Shown here in pieces: positions 28,701-36,347 of a stretch of 64,000 nucleotides of DNA. The position numbers were made by a program, and so were the translations under genes. The notes beneath the pieces were generated by a model. That model searched no databases, was not told the origin of the DNA, and worked only from the letters and a program-made list of their open reading frames with translations. This stretch comes from a virus, in the IMG/VR virus record IMGVR_UViG_3300028388_003025, positions 15,121-79,120 of that record. The stretch is one strand, 5' to 3'. Numbering within the stretch: the stretch's first letter is position 1; each line of letters starts with the position of its first letter.

Positions 28701-29090
28701 TCTAAAGCGGTATCTCGTGGGTCAGTAAATGAAGAAGGTGAATTTGAATACGTTCCAGGCAAGTCTCCTCTATCTAAAGATAAGGGGCATGCAGCAAAGA
28801 TGCAGCGAGTATTTAACAGATTAAAGACAGAGGCCAAATACGTAAGAGATGATAATAGCAGACGAACAGAAATGGAGAATAGCCAAGCTGCTGTGAAATT
28901 AATGATAGAAAAATTGAGACAAATTGGAGGAATAAACAAGGAATCAAAGAAGCTAAAAAAGATGGCTAATAAATATTGGCTAGATTTTATGTCTTTTGAT
29001 TACTATTCTAAAGACAGCTTAGAACAACTTATAACGACAGACATATCAGAAATAAGCTATAATAGTCTTAACAAGGTGGTTGTATATTAA
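19794..29090 (+). CDS. Tape-measure-position protein (3098 aa) with an internal DEDDh 3'-5' exonuclease domain
   Basis: Follows the G/GT chaperone; long, helical, K/A/S-rich, with a Gly-rich hydrophobic segment (~24600-24860); exonuclease motifs IGFDLETHG, AYNAEFD, AHDAGAD at ~22716-23300. Confidence 0.8.
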   Translation: MAFDNIDELQLRLQQLEGKIYGGTSGEDILDLFEEKEELEGKLARAKSFISNTTDSDYPNLYLENTIYDQNKANLQKMISQQETELIHADNSFKSESYKEFLRKDISTKKKTIDKMMGKSVPLTKEFSNFYGEDISIKNKTHSLIDTHGIGRAYQRFLKDMETGKVSKIDSATGIAYDKNMLTPADIFKDARSALAGAVTNMSGKNDDIVPIIMARSNAFDLATITEAFTDPYSKQSRMVDMIRDGSVKLAGDPILVNKLSLYNANKLERLNDTEIEFFRMMEGNRLKFTPIGARAAMFPEGRATYVKNRITKGKNISAIGLSRLRGLDSAASFSGASNIIDESVTAYNEVFKYIANNFFGNVGAKVERVDRLFDEIFYGNPEDGAKRLTKFISRESIAQPIREKIIESIYGYKPSKRQIRAEYKSISEAVISWVRGERVFPNTKTIGTGSEPGKQYITGDFRTVMSRSAMRKKATQKFIPTGHDMRAFISARESQLIEKKFLLKEDKWSLWTGIFTKDTDEIKEVTQKILKEEPYAALGGGFKSANRTINEIIRASFMAESSLDIDEARDIFLASRAANYSQDSKKFASYARRTRSMGYDDFVSMSERFRTYRGRGDSLRNLQRLTLQGFRNMNSLESSAKSYGYDALISRIAKSLDRDLILKTTESDVGMDILDSVKGINLRQAAVELLYDQLSASGVSLKNVKSKRAELSKTTLHGMINPLLLRDRGTNRFAGRMLFDIPDRAAGQVGDFASEYLKIFKNNPGLFSSMMDVSGLNLMAQPMNKAGGFTKQNINMQLNDAKDFISKFIDPSSGKARQNMTSRDKVMYRMFIGQSGSQMIEDIDKYKQSLSEARPAINDIVANANRNNKLKRIMTNLSSIDKADLNRIDSTYSEMVDNMKLQVSLLGGDPNSKEYSDFIVDESARALNRIVMGSNMDNIFTAKLKMVLDENDLKVGNRLDVRRNTYSNLRDKRLIGFDLETHGTKYSQGDVYQFGATVRRKGKTTNFAVTLPFTFKEGGKSSALVGAYTGTQGPSKKDLRRLRSLNKYISGLDPDLAGTYFAAYNAEFDLKKLDSWINAVEGSADGLTADPYYQELKKFQKFVGRATRRGKTIDVFDVVKNVSINDKSFRTSTSLSQTKVASMLGIMFSNAHDAGADTKAMIDVLLELEKKHGNLFSYGAHKGNRFVGSVEAGAGFLGTMTKMYDIADEVAKRHGSSNYERRQFIKMIEKSARSTMTKAVRIVSEKSMFEHGRGANVGDSVMDMTKARRVEVAPESVGAIKEMLIDIASIDNKDSFRALLDRGFNSGVNKLYQKAYQLVEGDREVVSLMKYLPTRRTKTSSSQVIQEVVKRIRSGALTNTRQIKGAMPRIIFDLYLESIKPKKELRATQSFIKGSYTVMKGIGNSIMRRGIPTDAEVAENVRALRANKAYSYIYKTAGDIEDRLMAASRKYIEPITETIMKPINFFADKEYERFVSSKGFGKIDDLLSASGSADDMQKVLEHRARLHRNAFKYKHINTAFKGVKSGLGKVGRVIGLGGKLGLNILDAYQFADSVSMLFGKSVHLKGMRPVLIDSKEAARHAVMSGAYESEKDFNAQRIYGAFWTAKGIKMGGTGVNIFLRGAGKGLAKGALKGLGKKTISKFGIGAGLAMIPVVGPFLAGAYGIAMGISMAIDIVGLGQMFMGGQGFSTLDIFRTATAYKYDSLGREYTTREWSLWAKMRGHTAPGYADDSSSGIKLLGAAAAIAAFNAHGSMRTHNVSDIEDLMGATAKRALIKDQSSALLNSLEQVFKGGVETKDKKAFRSMLIDTQRRLKKEVATGLIPEFEGTSIRRQLVKINRMHKAGYEGGTVSAELVRTLADAKYYMMFDKYRGMSIKQRDSLRQVMFSEDLKPYLNEYKHALSMSVNYLTSGSEGKIADIFKDNNMLGEVASIIGKRGDKRIDSSSYEHMVDLVKSQLKAKTDKLQRVQNLATQGNVGYEANLLRKAYISSGFYKSDAVKQLKGTINLYDMTGEFGNPGEFKRFVSQYKNVKTAGKWLATSLWFTPVDKLAEAYYIGSLPEEDRDERQRAAAAKIMTFGPLQGFNVLTAGANKNSSIQTVMMNMDAVEGVKNPLVGIMMSFYFGQNNDIYSKSSRYKSGPFKDGGMLSGIKLATAEALNTAATTTLVVKGAEVAGDFHTSKLSKLDNPTVLLSYHKNRMHSFYSEGSNVKKLRSQIIKLKQSIVEGKVDGGESKKIIKYYDKMIADLDNLDYSKFKKAIDKDFAQMTDMIKTRYKDANEHILTSTFKENMDDSTKYMSSFYKSFTIRTRPEGMPSTTATIMTQTIMKGLGLSPRDNQAINAAFNLGSMAYMALASATIANANYGYDTYATNAYIDGLKALHYMEENIAGDIANIPLANLPMNLRKSLGSFLDERTRELNKSRTGKLLRLPGINKSQMFWQDVMGLGLSRGNKKLTTMQAATRAGYTREQVLKMIAQYRSEALMSPTKKVLSYSAEEGKLSKLGIDNKMRKKLGLDEYTLDKMEKLAQSGLISDPGTFVNKRALFSLQKKKVHGSLTFAEKKLYRELVGAYTGGVRQYEGYEKLFYKPRYGLEMFAKEIEINSIYSNAVNPSGSLDFASLLQDASIKEQQTFMNTNMWTPLQDDNTSLAVEGHKNFVVLSSLALSRDPDFRKRFENISKKYNVVTGTTGKGGMRDAINIASFLMHKKGDYKGAADISDRFWFGDANRAVEEARMFNLGSEYHDLWKSQMNDAEAMRKTLSDSEFYDFMVESSTYIASKDKALANFFVGSDDKMLKEVKRRMFFKFGEDKKSMRIMEDPVTGKVIFKPGGRKTRKRFVFDRRRNIFKNYSYSSGFNGAGFKPDSYHNKMVQAYLKIDENLLYTAQSYVISLDKDDVVPKEMKNAHIVIEQGNAEHSLAFNPETNEWHVQVRNIDPQLNYEEKNRFFTRHNYKKQLTAEAKTLVSMKTDLQELSKAVSRGSVNEEGEFEYVPGKSPLSKDKGHAAKMQRVFNRLKTEAKYVRDDNSRRTEMENSQAAVKLMIEKLRQIGGINKESKKLKKMANKYWLDFMSFDYYSKDSLEQLITTDISEISYNSLNKVVVY

Positions 29091-30145
29091 TGCCAATTAG
29101 CTACGATGATTATATGAGTAAGATAGAGACTTCTGGCAGTAAGTTCACAACAGGCTCTGCATATTCTTTTTCTGTTACAGGATCAGGGTACTCGTCTGTA
29201 TATGCATCTAACAATGCAAGTAAACAGAATTTATCTGCATCGAATGTTTCAAAGAAGATAGGTGTGGGCCCTGAGGGCATATCCCACCTAGGAAATGCTA
29301 GTGCATTTGGCAAGTTCAAAAGAACAAGTATAGAAAGAAAGTATCAGGCAGATACAGAATATTATATAAGGAAAGACTATACGAAAGCCGTAACAACAAT
29401 GCAGACCTATTCCGATTATGGTTCTGGGCCATTAGGGAAAGCAAATAGGAATATATTTGATATGGGTGAGCTTACCTATTCAAGAACAAGTACCCGCAGG
29501 ACATATGACACAGCTTCTTCTAAGCTTCCAAACCACATGAACCCAACTGCTCTTGATGACACTTCGTTTCAGTATGGTGTTACTGGATCTACATTTGCAA
29601 AGATAAATACATCAAATCCATATAAATCAATGTCTGTTCTCTACAGCATGCAATTGATCAATACGGATACCAAACAGGTAGATTCGGATCTAGTCAATAA
29701 GTATTTCAGTTCTGCTACAAAGGATCCAACTGTATTTTCTAACGCTGTAAAAACGTTTAATCAAATAGAAAAGAAAACTCGTGCCTTGCGAAAGTCTGGA
29801 GAGCTACCAAAGGGAGATGGCGGGACGGCAACATTAGGTGCAGATGCAACAGAAGATGGTGTGTCTTTCTATTACTTAGATAAAGATGGCAAAAAGCTAG
29901 AGGTTGCAACAATGCCAAACGTCTCGCCAGAGGATGCTGAAATAATAAGCATGGTTAAGGCTGGCGCACTTGCTGGCTCTATCGATAATGGTTCCAAGAC
30001 TTCAAATCCATACTATAGGCTTTTGACTTCTGGAAGTATAGACGCCAAGAAATTGGACATAGTAATGAAGCACGGCTTCCTTTCTAACGCAATGAACATT
30101 TCTGATGCATCGTTTGCATCAATTAACAAGATATTTGTGATATAA
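29090..30145 (+). CDS. Hypothetical virion protein (S/T/K-rich)
   Basis: TAATG coupling to the TMP stop; within the tail module. Confidence 0.65.
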   Translation: MPISYDDYMSKIETSGSKFTTGSAYSFSVTGSGYSSVYASNNASKQNLSASNVSKKIGVGPEGISHLGNASAFGKFKRTSIERKYQADTEYYIRKDYTKAVTTMQTYSDYGSGPLGKANRNIFDMGELTYSRTSTRRTYDTASSKLPNHMNPTALDDTSFQYGVTGSTFAKINTSNPYKSMSVLYSMQLINTDTKQVDSDLVNKYFSSATKDPTVFSNAVKTFNQIEKKTRALRKSGELPKGDGGTATLGADATEDGVSFYYLDKDGKKLEVATMPNVSPEDAEIISMVKAGALAGSIDNGSKTSNPYYRLLTSGSIDAKKLDIVMKHGFLSNAMNISDASFASINKIFVI

Positions 30146-30152
30146 TTATTCC

Positions 30153-31154
30153 ATGGCATTTGTAGTAAATAAGATAGATTACACACAGGCTAGGGATAAT
30201 CTCAAGCAAGTAAAGCTTTTTGGCAATCCTATAGATATAGGCCCAGGAAATCAAAAGTGGCTTGACGAAGCTGCAAAGAAAAACTCTAAGGTAAATCAGT
30301 TATCATCTATATTATTAGGAAAAGAAAAAGATGCAGTAGTTCTCGAAGAGTATACTGGCAATAAAGATAATGGCAGATACTTTGTATTTGTTGAATATAA
30401 AGATTGGCAGAACCAACAACGAAGAGGCATCACTGGTGATGGCAACATGATATTGTCTACCATGAGTGAAATAGAATTTACAGACTCTCAGGTTCTACCA
30501 GATGTAAATGTTCCTGGCATGGGTGCAATAACAATGAACATGGGGCCTAATGCTAAGTATATAAACTTTAAAGGTATGTTTATGTTTGACAGGCCAGAAG
30601 AGTCTGTCGCTTGGCTGGAAGAAAGAAAAGATTCTGGGGCCGTATTTAAATTTCATTACAAGAATTGGCATAGATATGCAATGATTGCCAGATTAAATTT
30701 TAAAGCTGGCAAAAATCATGAGCATATATCTTATGAGATAGGGTTAAAGTTCCTCTCGTTCGATCAGGAAGATGTAGTTAATATTGTAAAAGATTCATCT
30801 AAGAGAACTAGGCTATCAGAGTTTGCTATGTCTGAAGTCTCAGGAAGATTATTATTAGCATATGCCGACGCTGCAGCTTCTGTTACTGGCCTTAATGATA
30901 AGGTTGATGAGTTCAGTGCATTTCTAGAAAATGCTGAAAAGAATTTCGGCTTCATATCATCAGTAATATCTGGTGCAAGTAACTCAATGAATGTTTTATT
31001 GCAGAACAATGTCTTAACAAAGGCAGCAAAAGAAACAAAAAGAGTGCTAGGCAATGCTACTGCAGATTTAACTAAAAGCCTTAATGCTGCTGGTAATTTT
31101 AATAAAACTATTGACAATGCTGTTTCAGATATAAAATCTAAACTAGGATTCTAG
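30153..31154 (+). CDS. Probable tail-tube initiator / baseplate protein (gpU-like)
   Basis: VNVPGMGAITMNMGP..YINFKGMF...LEERKDSG..FKF pattern; position after the TMP. Confidence 0.55.
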   Translation: MAFVVNKIDYTQARDNLKQVKLFGNPIDIGPGNQKWLDEAAKKNSKVNQLSSILLGKEKDAVVLEEYTGNKDNGRYFVFVEYKDWQNQQRRGITGDGNMILSTMSEIEFTDSQVLPDVNVPGMGAITMNMGPNAKYINFKGMFMFDRPEESVAWLEERKDSGAVFKFHYKNWHRYAMIARLNFKAGKNHEHISYEIGLKFLSFDQEDVVNIVKDSSKRTRLSEFAMSEVSGRLLLAYADAAASVTGLNDKVDEFSAFLENAEKNFGFISSVISGASNSMNVLLQNNVLTKAAKETKRVLGNATADLTKSLNAAGNFNKTIDNAVSDIKSKLGF

Positions 31155-31163
31155 GAGACATTA

Positions 31164-33098
31164 ATGACTACTGATCTTGTAAATAATTACAACGCAGCTT
31201 CTGACTTCTTGCAGAATGCAGAAACTATCTTAGGATCAAATCTATTATCTCAGGTAGTTATAAACAGGCTGAATGGAGTTATAAAAGATCAAGACAAGGC
31301 TGATTATTTTAATGCAATTAAGTCTGGACTATCAAGTGTTCAGGAAGAGTTAACACTCGTAGACACTGGTGAGTTTTCTAGCTTTACACAATCAGAGAAA
31401 CTATCACCGCCTGGTGCATTGTATGGCAATGAGGATGAAGTAGTTTCTCCAGGTGTTGCTGAACAAGCTTCGTTCAGCGTAATGCATCCAAATGTTCTCG
31501 ATTACGATATACCAGTAGCTGGCTCAACACCAAAGCCTGGGTATTTAATGTTCTACATAGGACAAGACACAAGTCACTCACACTTAATGGCATGTCAAGG
31601 CTTGGCTCCGCAATCTTTTACAAAGCACGTAAACGTCCTTTCAGTTCCAAATATAGGCGAGAGCAATGAATTTGAAACCTCTCCACAACAGATAGCCTAT
31701 CCATTTGTTATGAAATATAGTAACTCTGTTGATCCACTTGAATATAAATATTTAATATTTTATGCGTCAGAGAATCAAAACATAGACGGGACACTGGATA
31801 GCACTTGTGATATACGTGTAGTGAAGTGGACAGGAGAAATAAACCCTGACACAGGAGACTTTACATATAACGGAAATAGCACTATAGACGCGGTGTCTAT
31901 AGATGTTGATGGTAATAAAGTATTTTCTAGTGGTGATTTAGTATTAGAGCATACAGCTGAGGTGCCTAGCCTTTATGCTCCATACGCAGAGTATGAAGAA
32001 TCTACAGGCATTGTACACATATGGTACACAGGTCTCGATGCACAATCTGCAACGTCTGCAATCTATTATACTCAAACTACTATAGCTAACTTAACAGCTG
32101 GCACGCCATCATTAGTTGCATTGTCTCCAGTACCATTCATTTCATTGCAAAGAGGAAGTGATGGATTGATTGCTGCAAATGAATCCATCTTTAGAAAAGA
32201 CGGGTCGACATTATCATTAGGCAATCATTGTATAGCATTTAAGGGAAAGCTTTTAGCTAGAGGATCAAGGCAGTATAGGCATTGCTGGCTGAGTGTTGAA
32301 GCATTTTCTGAGGCTGGCGATTCAGAGTACATATGTCTACATGCAATAACGCCAACAGAAGTAATTACAGAGAGTTACAATCCTAGCCCACAAATACATA
32401 GTATAGTTGGCGACAAAGACGATTTCTCTTCAGCAATATCTAGATGTTATGCTCCTGCAGTCTACTCTGTTAATGGTGAAGATACTTTTTATACTTGGTG
32501 GACGTCTGGTTCAGAATCTAAAAGCTTTATAGCATTTGCTGGAAACAAAACACTAGCATCTAAGTATTGGGCAGAGACACCTGCGTCTGTTGTGTTCAAT
32601 GAAATGCAAGGTCAAGAGGCGGCTAGAGCATTGGTTGACTCATCTAATGAAGGTCAGACAAATAACTTTTATGTATTTAAGGCTGGAGAGTCAAGCGCTG
32701 AAGTGCCGATGAACATACCGGAATTTCCGATAAGCTTAACTGTACCTGAGGATATTTATAATTTTGATATAGACAAATCCATTAAGATGACAACACAGGC
32801 ATCAATCGATGCTAAGGAGCCTATTGACAGCTCCATAAGTTCTAGCAAGTTTGATAGCTATACTGGCAGAAGCCAACAAAGAAAAGACGTCTACTTAGAG
32901 GGCTATTATGTTTGTAAGCCTGGCGACACACTTGATAGGATAGCCTCTTTGTATTATAAAGACTATATAAAGGATGACATCCCATTCGGAGTTATACAAT
33001 ACGCCGGAATGATTTCAAGCGTTAATGGCGACATAGATGACATAGACATAACTCCAGGACTTAAGCTTAACATACCAGATCCAAGAGAGTTGAAATGA
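31164..33098 (+). CDS. Baseplate protein with a central beta-propeller-like region and a C-terminal LysM (gpX-like) domain
   Basis: YYVCKPGDTLDRIASLYY...NG...ITPGLKLNIP is LysM-like; blade-like repeats AYPFVM..YLIFY, YAPYAE..HIWYTG, YAPAVY..YTWWTSG. Confidence 0.7.
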   Translation: MTTDLVNNYNAASDFLQNAETILGSNLLSQVVINRLNGVIKDQDKADYFNAIKSGLSSVQEELTLVDTGEFSSFTQSEKLSPPGALYGNEDEVVSPGVAEQASFSVMHPNVLDYDIPVAGSTPKPGYLMFYIGQDTSHSHLMACQGLAPQSFTKHVNVLSVPNIGESNEFETSPQQIAYPFVMKYSNSVDPLEYKYLIFYASENQNIDGTLDSTCDIRVVKWTGEINPDTGDFTYNGNSTIDAVSIDVDGNKVFSSGDLVLEHTAEVPSLYAPYAEYEESTGIVHIWYTGLDAQSATSAIYYTQTTIANLTAGTPSLVALSPVPFISLQRGSDGLIAANESIFRKDGSTLSLGNHCIAFKGKLLARGSRQYRHCWLSVEAFSEAGDSEYICLHAITPTEVITESYNPSPQIHSIVGDKDDFSSAISRCYAPAVYSVNGEDTFYTWWTSGSESKSFIAFAGNKTLASKYWAETPASVVFNEMQGQEAARALVDSSNEGQTNNFYVFKAGESSAEVPMNIPEFPISLTVPEDIYNFDIDKSIKMTTQASIDAKEPIDSSISSSKFDSYTGRSQQRKDVYLEGYYVCKPGDTLDRIASLYYKDYIKDDIPFGVIQYAGMISSVNGDIDDIDITPGLKLNIPDPRELK

Positions 33099-35062
33099 TT
33101 GAGAATTACATAGAAGATATAAGAAAAGGACTTAATCCACTTGTCTTTGTCAAGATATCCAAGTCAGGAATTGATTATACTCAAGATAATGATGGAGATA
33201 TAGATACTGTAGAGAAGATAACTATCTCAGACTTATTTGATTCGACTAAAAAGAATATAAAGTTTTCTGAAATAATAGACAGGGCCCAAGAAAAGGCTTC
33301 TTTACTTCCAAAGAAAACCAGCGTTAAACAGCTAGACAAATATATAATAGGAGATTTGCCAGGGCATCCAGGTAAGCACGTCTCTATCGCAGAGACTGAA
33401 GAATATTTAGAGCTAAATAATATATTCTCACTAAAGGTAGAGAATAATCAAGAATCAATGGCGGATACATTTAGGTTTTCTATTCCTTTATCATCAATGT
33501 ATTTTGACTCAAAAAATGCATCAAAGATATTTACATATATTAAAAAGCTAGTATCAACGCTTCAAACAAAGGAAGAGATAGATAGCAGATCAATCAACCA
33601 ACAGTATACACATCTCAATAAAATGAAAAGCTCTGGTAGATATGTTGAAATATATTATGGATATAAGGAACAGATCCCAGACGGAGAAGAAGTTCATGAT
33701 GTCTACGACCAGCACTTTAGCAGGTTCGTTGGGTGTGTTGACTTTTGTTCTGTAAATGAAATATATAATATAATTAGTTTTTCTGGCAGAGATCTAGTTG
33801 GGCTAATGATGGATATAAAGTCTTCTGTAGACTTTTCTCAAAGCCTAAAGAATGTGTCATCTGTAGTAAGAACAAGCGTAATGAAAAACACAGGCTTAGT
33901 CCTGCTTGAAAATACTTATACTGACTGCATGATTAAAGGCACAAAAAAAGAAAGAGTTAAAGACTCAATACTTACAACCCAAGGCCAGATAACTAGCTTC
34001 TTAAAATCAGTTAGCACTACTGGAGAGAGATACGAAGAAGAAACAGGAAACATATTTGAAATAGCTGAAAAAGTTTTTGATCCAGAAAAGGCTGGGGATT
34101 CAAATCAAAAAGAAATAAACAGGTATGCGCAAGCAGCGAAAGCCTTTCATAACTCATACGGAAATGAAGCTATAAATTTTTGGGATATATTACAATTTGC
34201 AGCGACAATAACAAACCATGTTGTATATCTAATACCAGGAACAAATATAATATATTTTGGAATACCTGACTACTCACTATCAAAGGGTTCTATAAATTTG
34301 CCAAGCAGAGATACCAATACTGGTGCAATATCTAATGGCAAAGAAGTCAATACACTTCAATTTAGATATAGTATGCCTGTGTCAAAACATTCAAAGAAGA
34401 TATTGGTTGCAACATCATCATCTAATGCTGGAGGATATTATTCTTATGTCATATGCCCTAAAGAGATATTGGGAACAGGCGGAACTGTGTCTTCATTTGT
34501 TAGCGACCTAAAGGCAAAGCTTAATGCTTTTGCAGCTAAAGATTCTAATGTAAATAAATCATCTCTTGCTACAGATTTGATGTACAGAGTAAAGACCAAG
34601 GATGGCTTTCAAGACTATTCAATAATATTTGCGGCTACTGGCAGTAACTTTGGAGATGCTAAAGACTTGTTTAGGTTCTCTTCCATAGTTGCATACAAAA
34701 GATTATTGGTTGATACAGTAAAAATAAATGCCATGGTTATTGGTGATGGCACGATTAATACAAGTTATGCGTCTACTATAAAAAATGCTTCAATTCTTGA
34801 GAGAATATTTAATTATAATGATACAACACTTGTTAATGATACTGAATATAATGGTGTAAAGTTTAAAGTGGCAGAAGCAACGCATGAATATACTTCAGAA
34901 AAAGGATTCTTCACAAATCTATTATTGGAAAAATCTTTCCTTGAAGATATGAGAAGCACATCTACAGGGTTAGATAATGGAATTTATTGTATAGAGCTTC
35001 AGTTAGACCAGGAAACAGTTGCTGGCCTTAGTCAAGATAAAGGAAGCAGGATATATAACTAA
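33095..35062 (+). CDS. Baseplate hub protein (gpD/gp27/gp44-like)
   Basis: ADTFRFSI, VEIYYGY, FVGCVD, ISFSGRD, WDILQ..A, EATHEYTSEKGFFTNL patterns; position before the spike gene. Confidence 0.8.
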   Translation: MIENYIEDIRKGLNPLVFVKISKSGIDYTQDNDGDIDTVEKITISDLFDSTKKNIKFSEIIDRAQEKASLLPKKTSVKQLDKYIIGDLPGHPGKHVSIAETEEYLELNNIFSLKVENNQESMADTFRFSIPLSSMYFDSKNASKIFTYIKKLVSTLQTKEEIDSRSINQQYTHLNKMKSSGRYVEIYYGYKEQIPDGEEVHDVYDQHFSRFVGCVDFCSVNEIYNIISFSGRDLVGLMMDIKSSVDFSQSLKNVSSVVRTSVMKNTGLVLLENTYTDCMIKGTKKERVKDSILTTQGQITSFLKSVSTTGERYEEETGNIFEIAEKVFDPEKAGDSNQKEINRYAQAAKAFHNSYGNEAINFWDILQFAATITNHVVYLIPGTNIIYFGIPDYSLSKGSINLPSRDTNTGAISNGKEVNTLQFRYSMPVSKHSKKILVATSSSNAGGYYSYVICPKEILGTGGTVSSFVSDLKAKLNAFAAKDSNVNKSSLATDLMYRVKTKDGFQDYSIIFAATGSNFGDAKDLFRFSSIVAYKRLLVDTVKINAMVIGDGTINTSYASTIKNASILERIFNYNDTTLVNDTEYNGVKFKVAEATHEYTSEKGFFTNLLLEKSFLEDMRSTSTGLDNGIYCIELQLDQETVAGLSQDKGSRIYN

Positions 35063-35940
35063 TGCAAGGATATACTTACGAAGGTGCAATATCAGACCTA
35101 ACTGCAATGGACTCAATGCCAGGGACTTATACTCGTCGCGGAGATGTTCAAGGCAAAGTCCATAGTATTGCAAAGAACGCTACAACAAGCATCAGAGCCT
35201 TCAAGGGCTTTGTGGTTAGCGATAGGCCTTACACAAACTCTGATGGTATTGCATTAATGAAGGTAAGGAATCCCAGGTCGCTAACAATAGAATGTAAGTT
35301 ATCTACACCTATAGGCGGTAGAGATAGAGTAAGGGACTACACTCCTACAAAGGGAGATGTTGTTTACTGTATTCACTGCATGGATGATGACTATCCAATT
35401 ATTTTCGCATTTCCTAATGGACACTCAGGTAATAGGCAGTGGGCAAGACTTGAGCCTGGCGAAGAGCGTGATGTTTACAGAAATAAAACATATATGTGGC
35501 ATAAGATAAATGGTAGTTGCAACTTTAATATTCGTAATAATTATTTATTAGAAGTTGCCAATGACTTTAAATCTATAATCAAAAACAATTACACACTTGA
35601 AGTTAAAGATACTATCAATATATCTTCAGTAGATAGGACCTGGATATACGCAGGCTCATTCCTTAATCTTAAATCAGCTAAGAATGTTAATATAAGATCA
35701 GAGTGGTCTTCTATAAATATGCGTGCAGCTAAAAACTTTTGGGCCCAGATAGATGGAAAAGTTGAGCTGAAATGTGCTAATATACTACTAGGGGCTAGTG
35801 AAGGACATGAGTTGGCGCTTAAAGGAACGACAGCGCAGCTTGAGTTTAATACTCATACGCATATAGGTAATTTAGGTTTTCCTACTGCACCACCAACTGT
35901 CCCAATGAATGCGTTAGCATCGGAGGTAAAAGTTGTATAG
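35062..35940 (+). CDS. Baseplate central spike (gpV/gp5-like)
   Basis: OB-fold YTPTKGDVV, beta-helix-like repeats, C-terminal FNTHTH (HxH metal-binding tip). Confidence 0.85.
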   Translation: MQGYTYEGAISDLTAMDSMPGTYTRRGDVQGKVHSIAKNATTSIRAFKGFVVSDRPYTNSDGIALMKVRNPRSLTIECKLSTPIGGRDRVRDYTPTKGDVVYCIHCMDDDYPIIFAFPNGHSGNRQWARLEPGEERDVYRNKTYMWHKINGSCNFNIRNNYLLEVANDFKSIIKNNYTLEVKDTINISSVDRTWIYAGSFLNLKSAKNVNIRSEWSSINMRAAKNFWAQIDGKVELKCANILLGASEGHELALKGTTAQLEFNTHTHIGNLGFPTAPPTVPMNALASEVKVV

Positions 35941-36346
35941 TGTCCCTAATGATATAATGCTTGACACAGAAACGAACGAACTTACGTTTAATGCTCGTGG
36001 CGATCTAATGACAGCAGCTGACCTCGTTGGTGAAGATAATAAGATAAATGCAAGCGTTAAGCAATGGGTTAGAAATAGAATTTTACTTGATTACTTAAAT
36101 GGACACCCAGAGCTTGAGAGTTTAAATAACTATGTAAGCGAATTAAATACAGACAATCTAGAGGTCTCAACGCTTTCTACTATAAATAAGTATATAGAAA
36201 CTGCGCTTCTTGAGAATGAGTTCATAGAATCTGTATCAGTATCAACATCTCAAGATAAGGAAGACTTATCTTTGATATTAAATATAGATTATGTTGTATA
36301 TGCGTCAGCATCTACTGATAGTTTACAAGCAATTTGGGAGGTTTAG
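35933..36346 (+). CDS. Baseplate wedge/sheath initiator (gpW/gp25-like)
   Basis: Between spike and baseplate J; IETALLENEFIESVSV...LNIDY pattern. Confidence 0.7.
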   Translation: MYSVPNDIMLDTETNELTFNARGDLMTAADLVGEDNKINASVKQWVRNRILLDYLNGHPELESLNNYVSELNTDNLEVSTLSTINKYIETALLENEFIESVSVSTSQDKEDLSLILNIDYVVYASASTDSLQAIWEV

Positions 36347-36347
36347 G

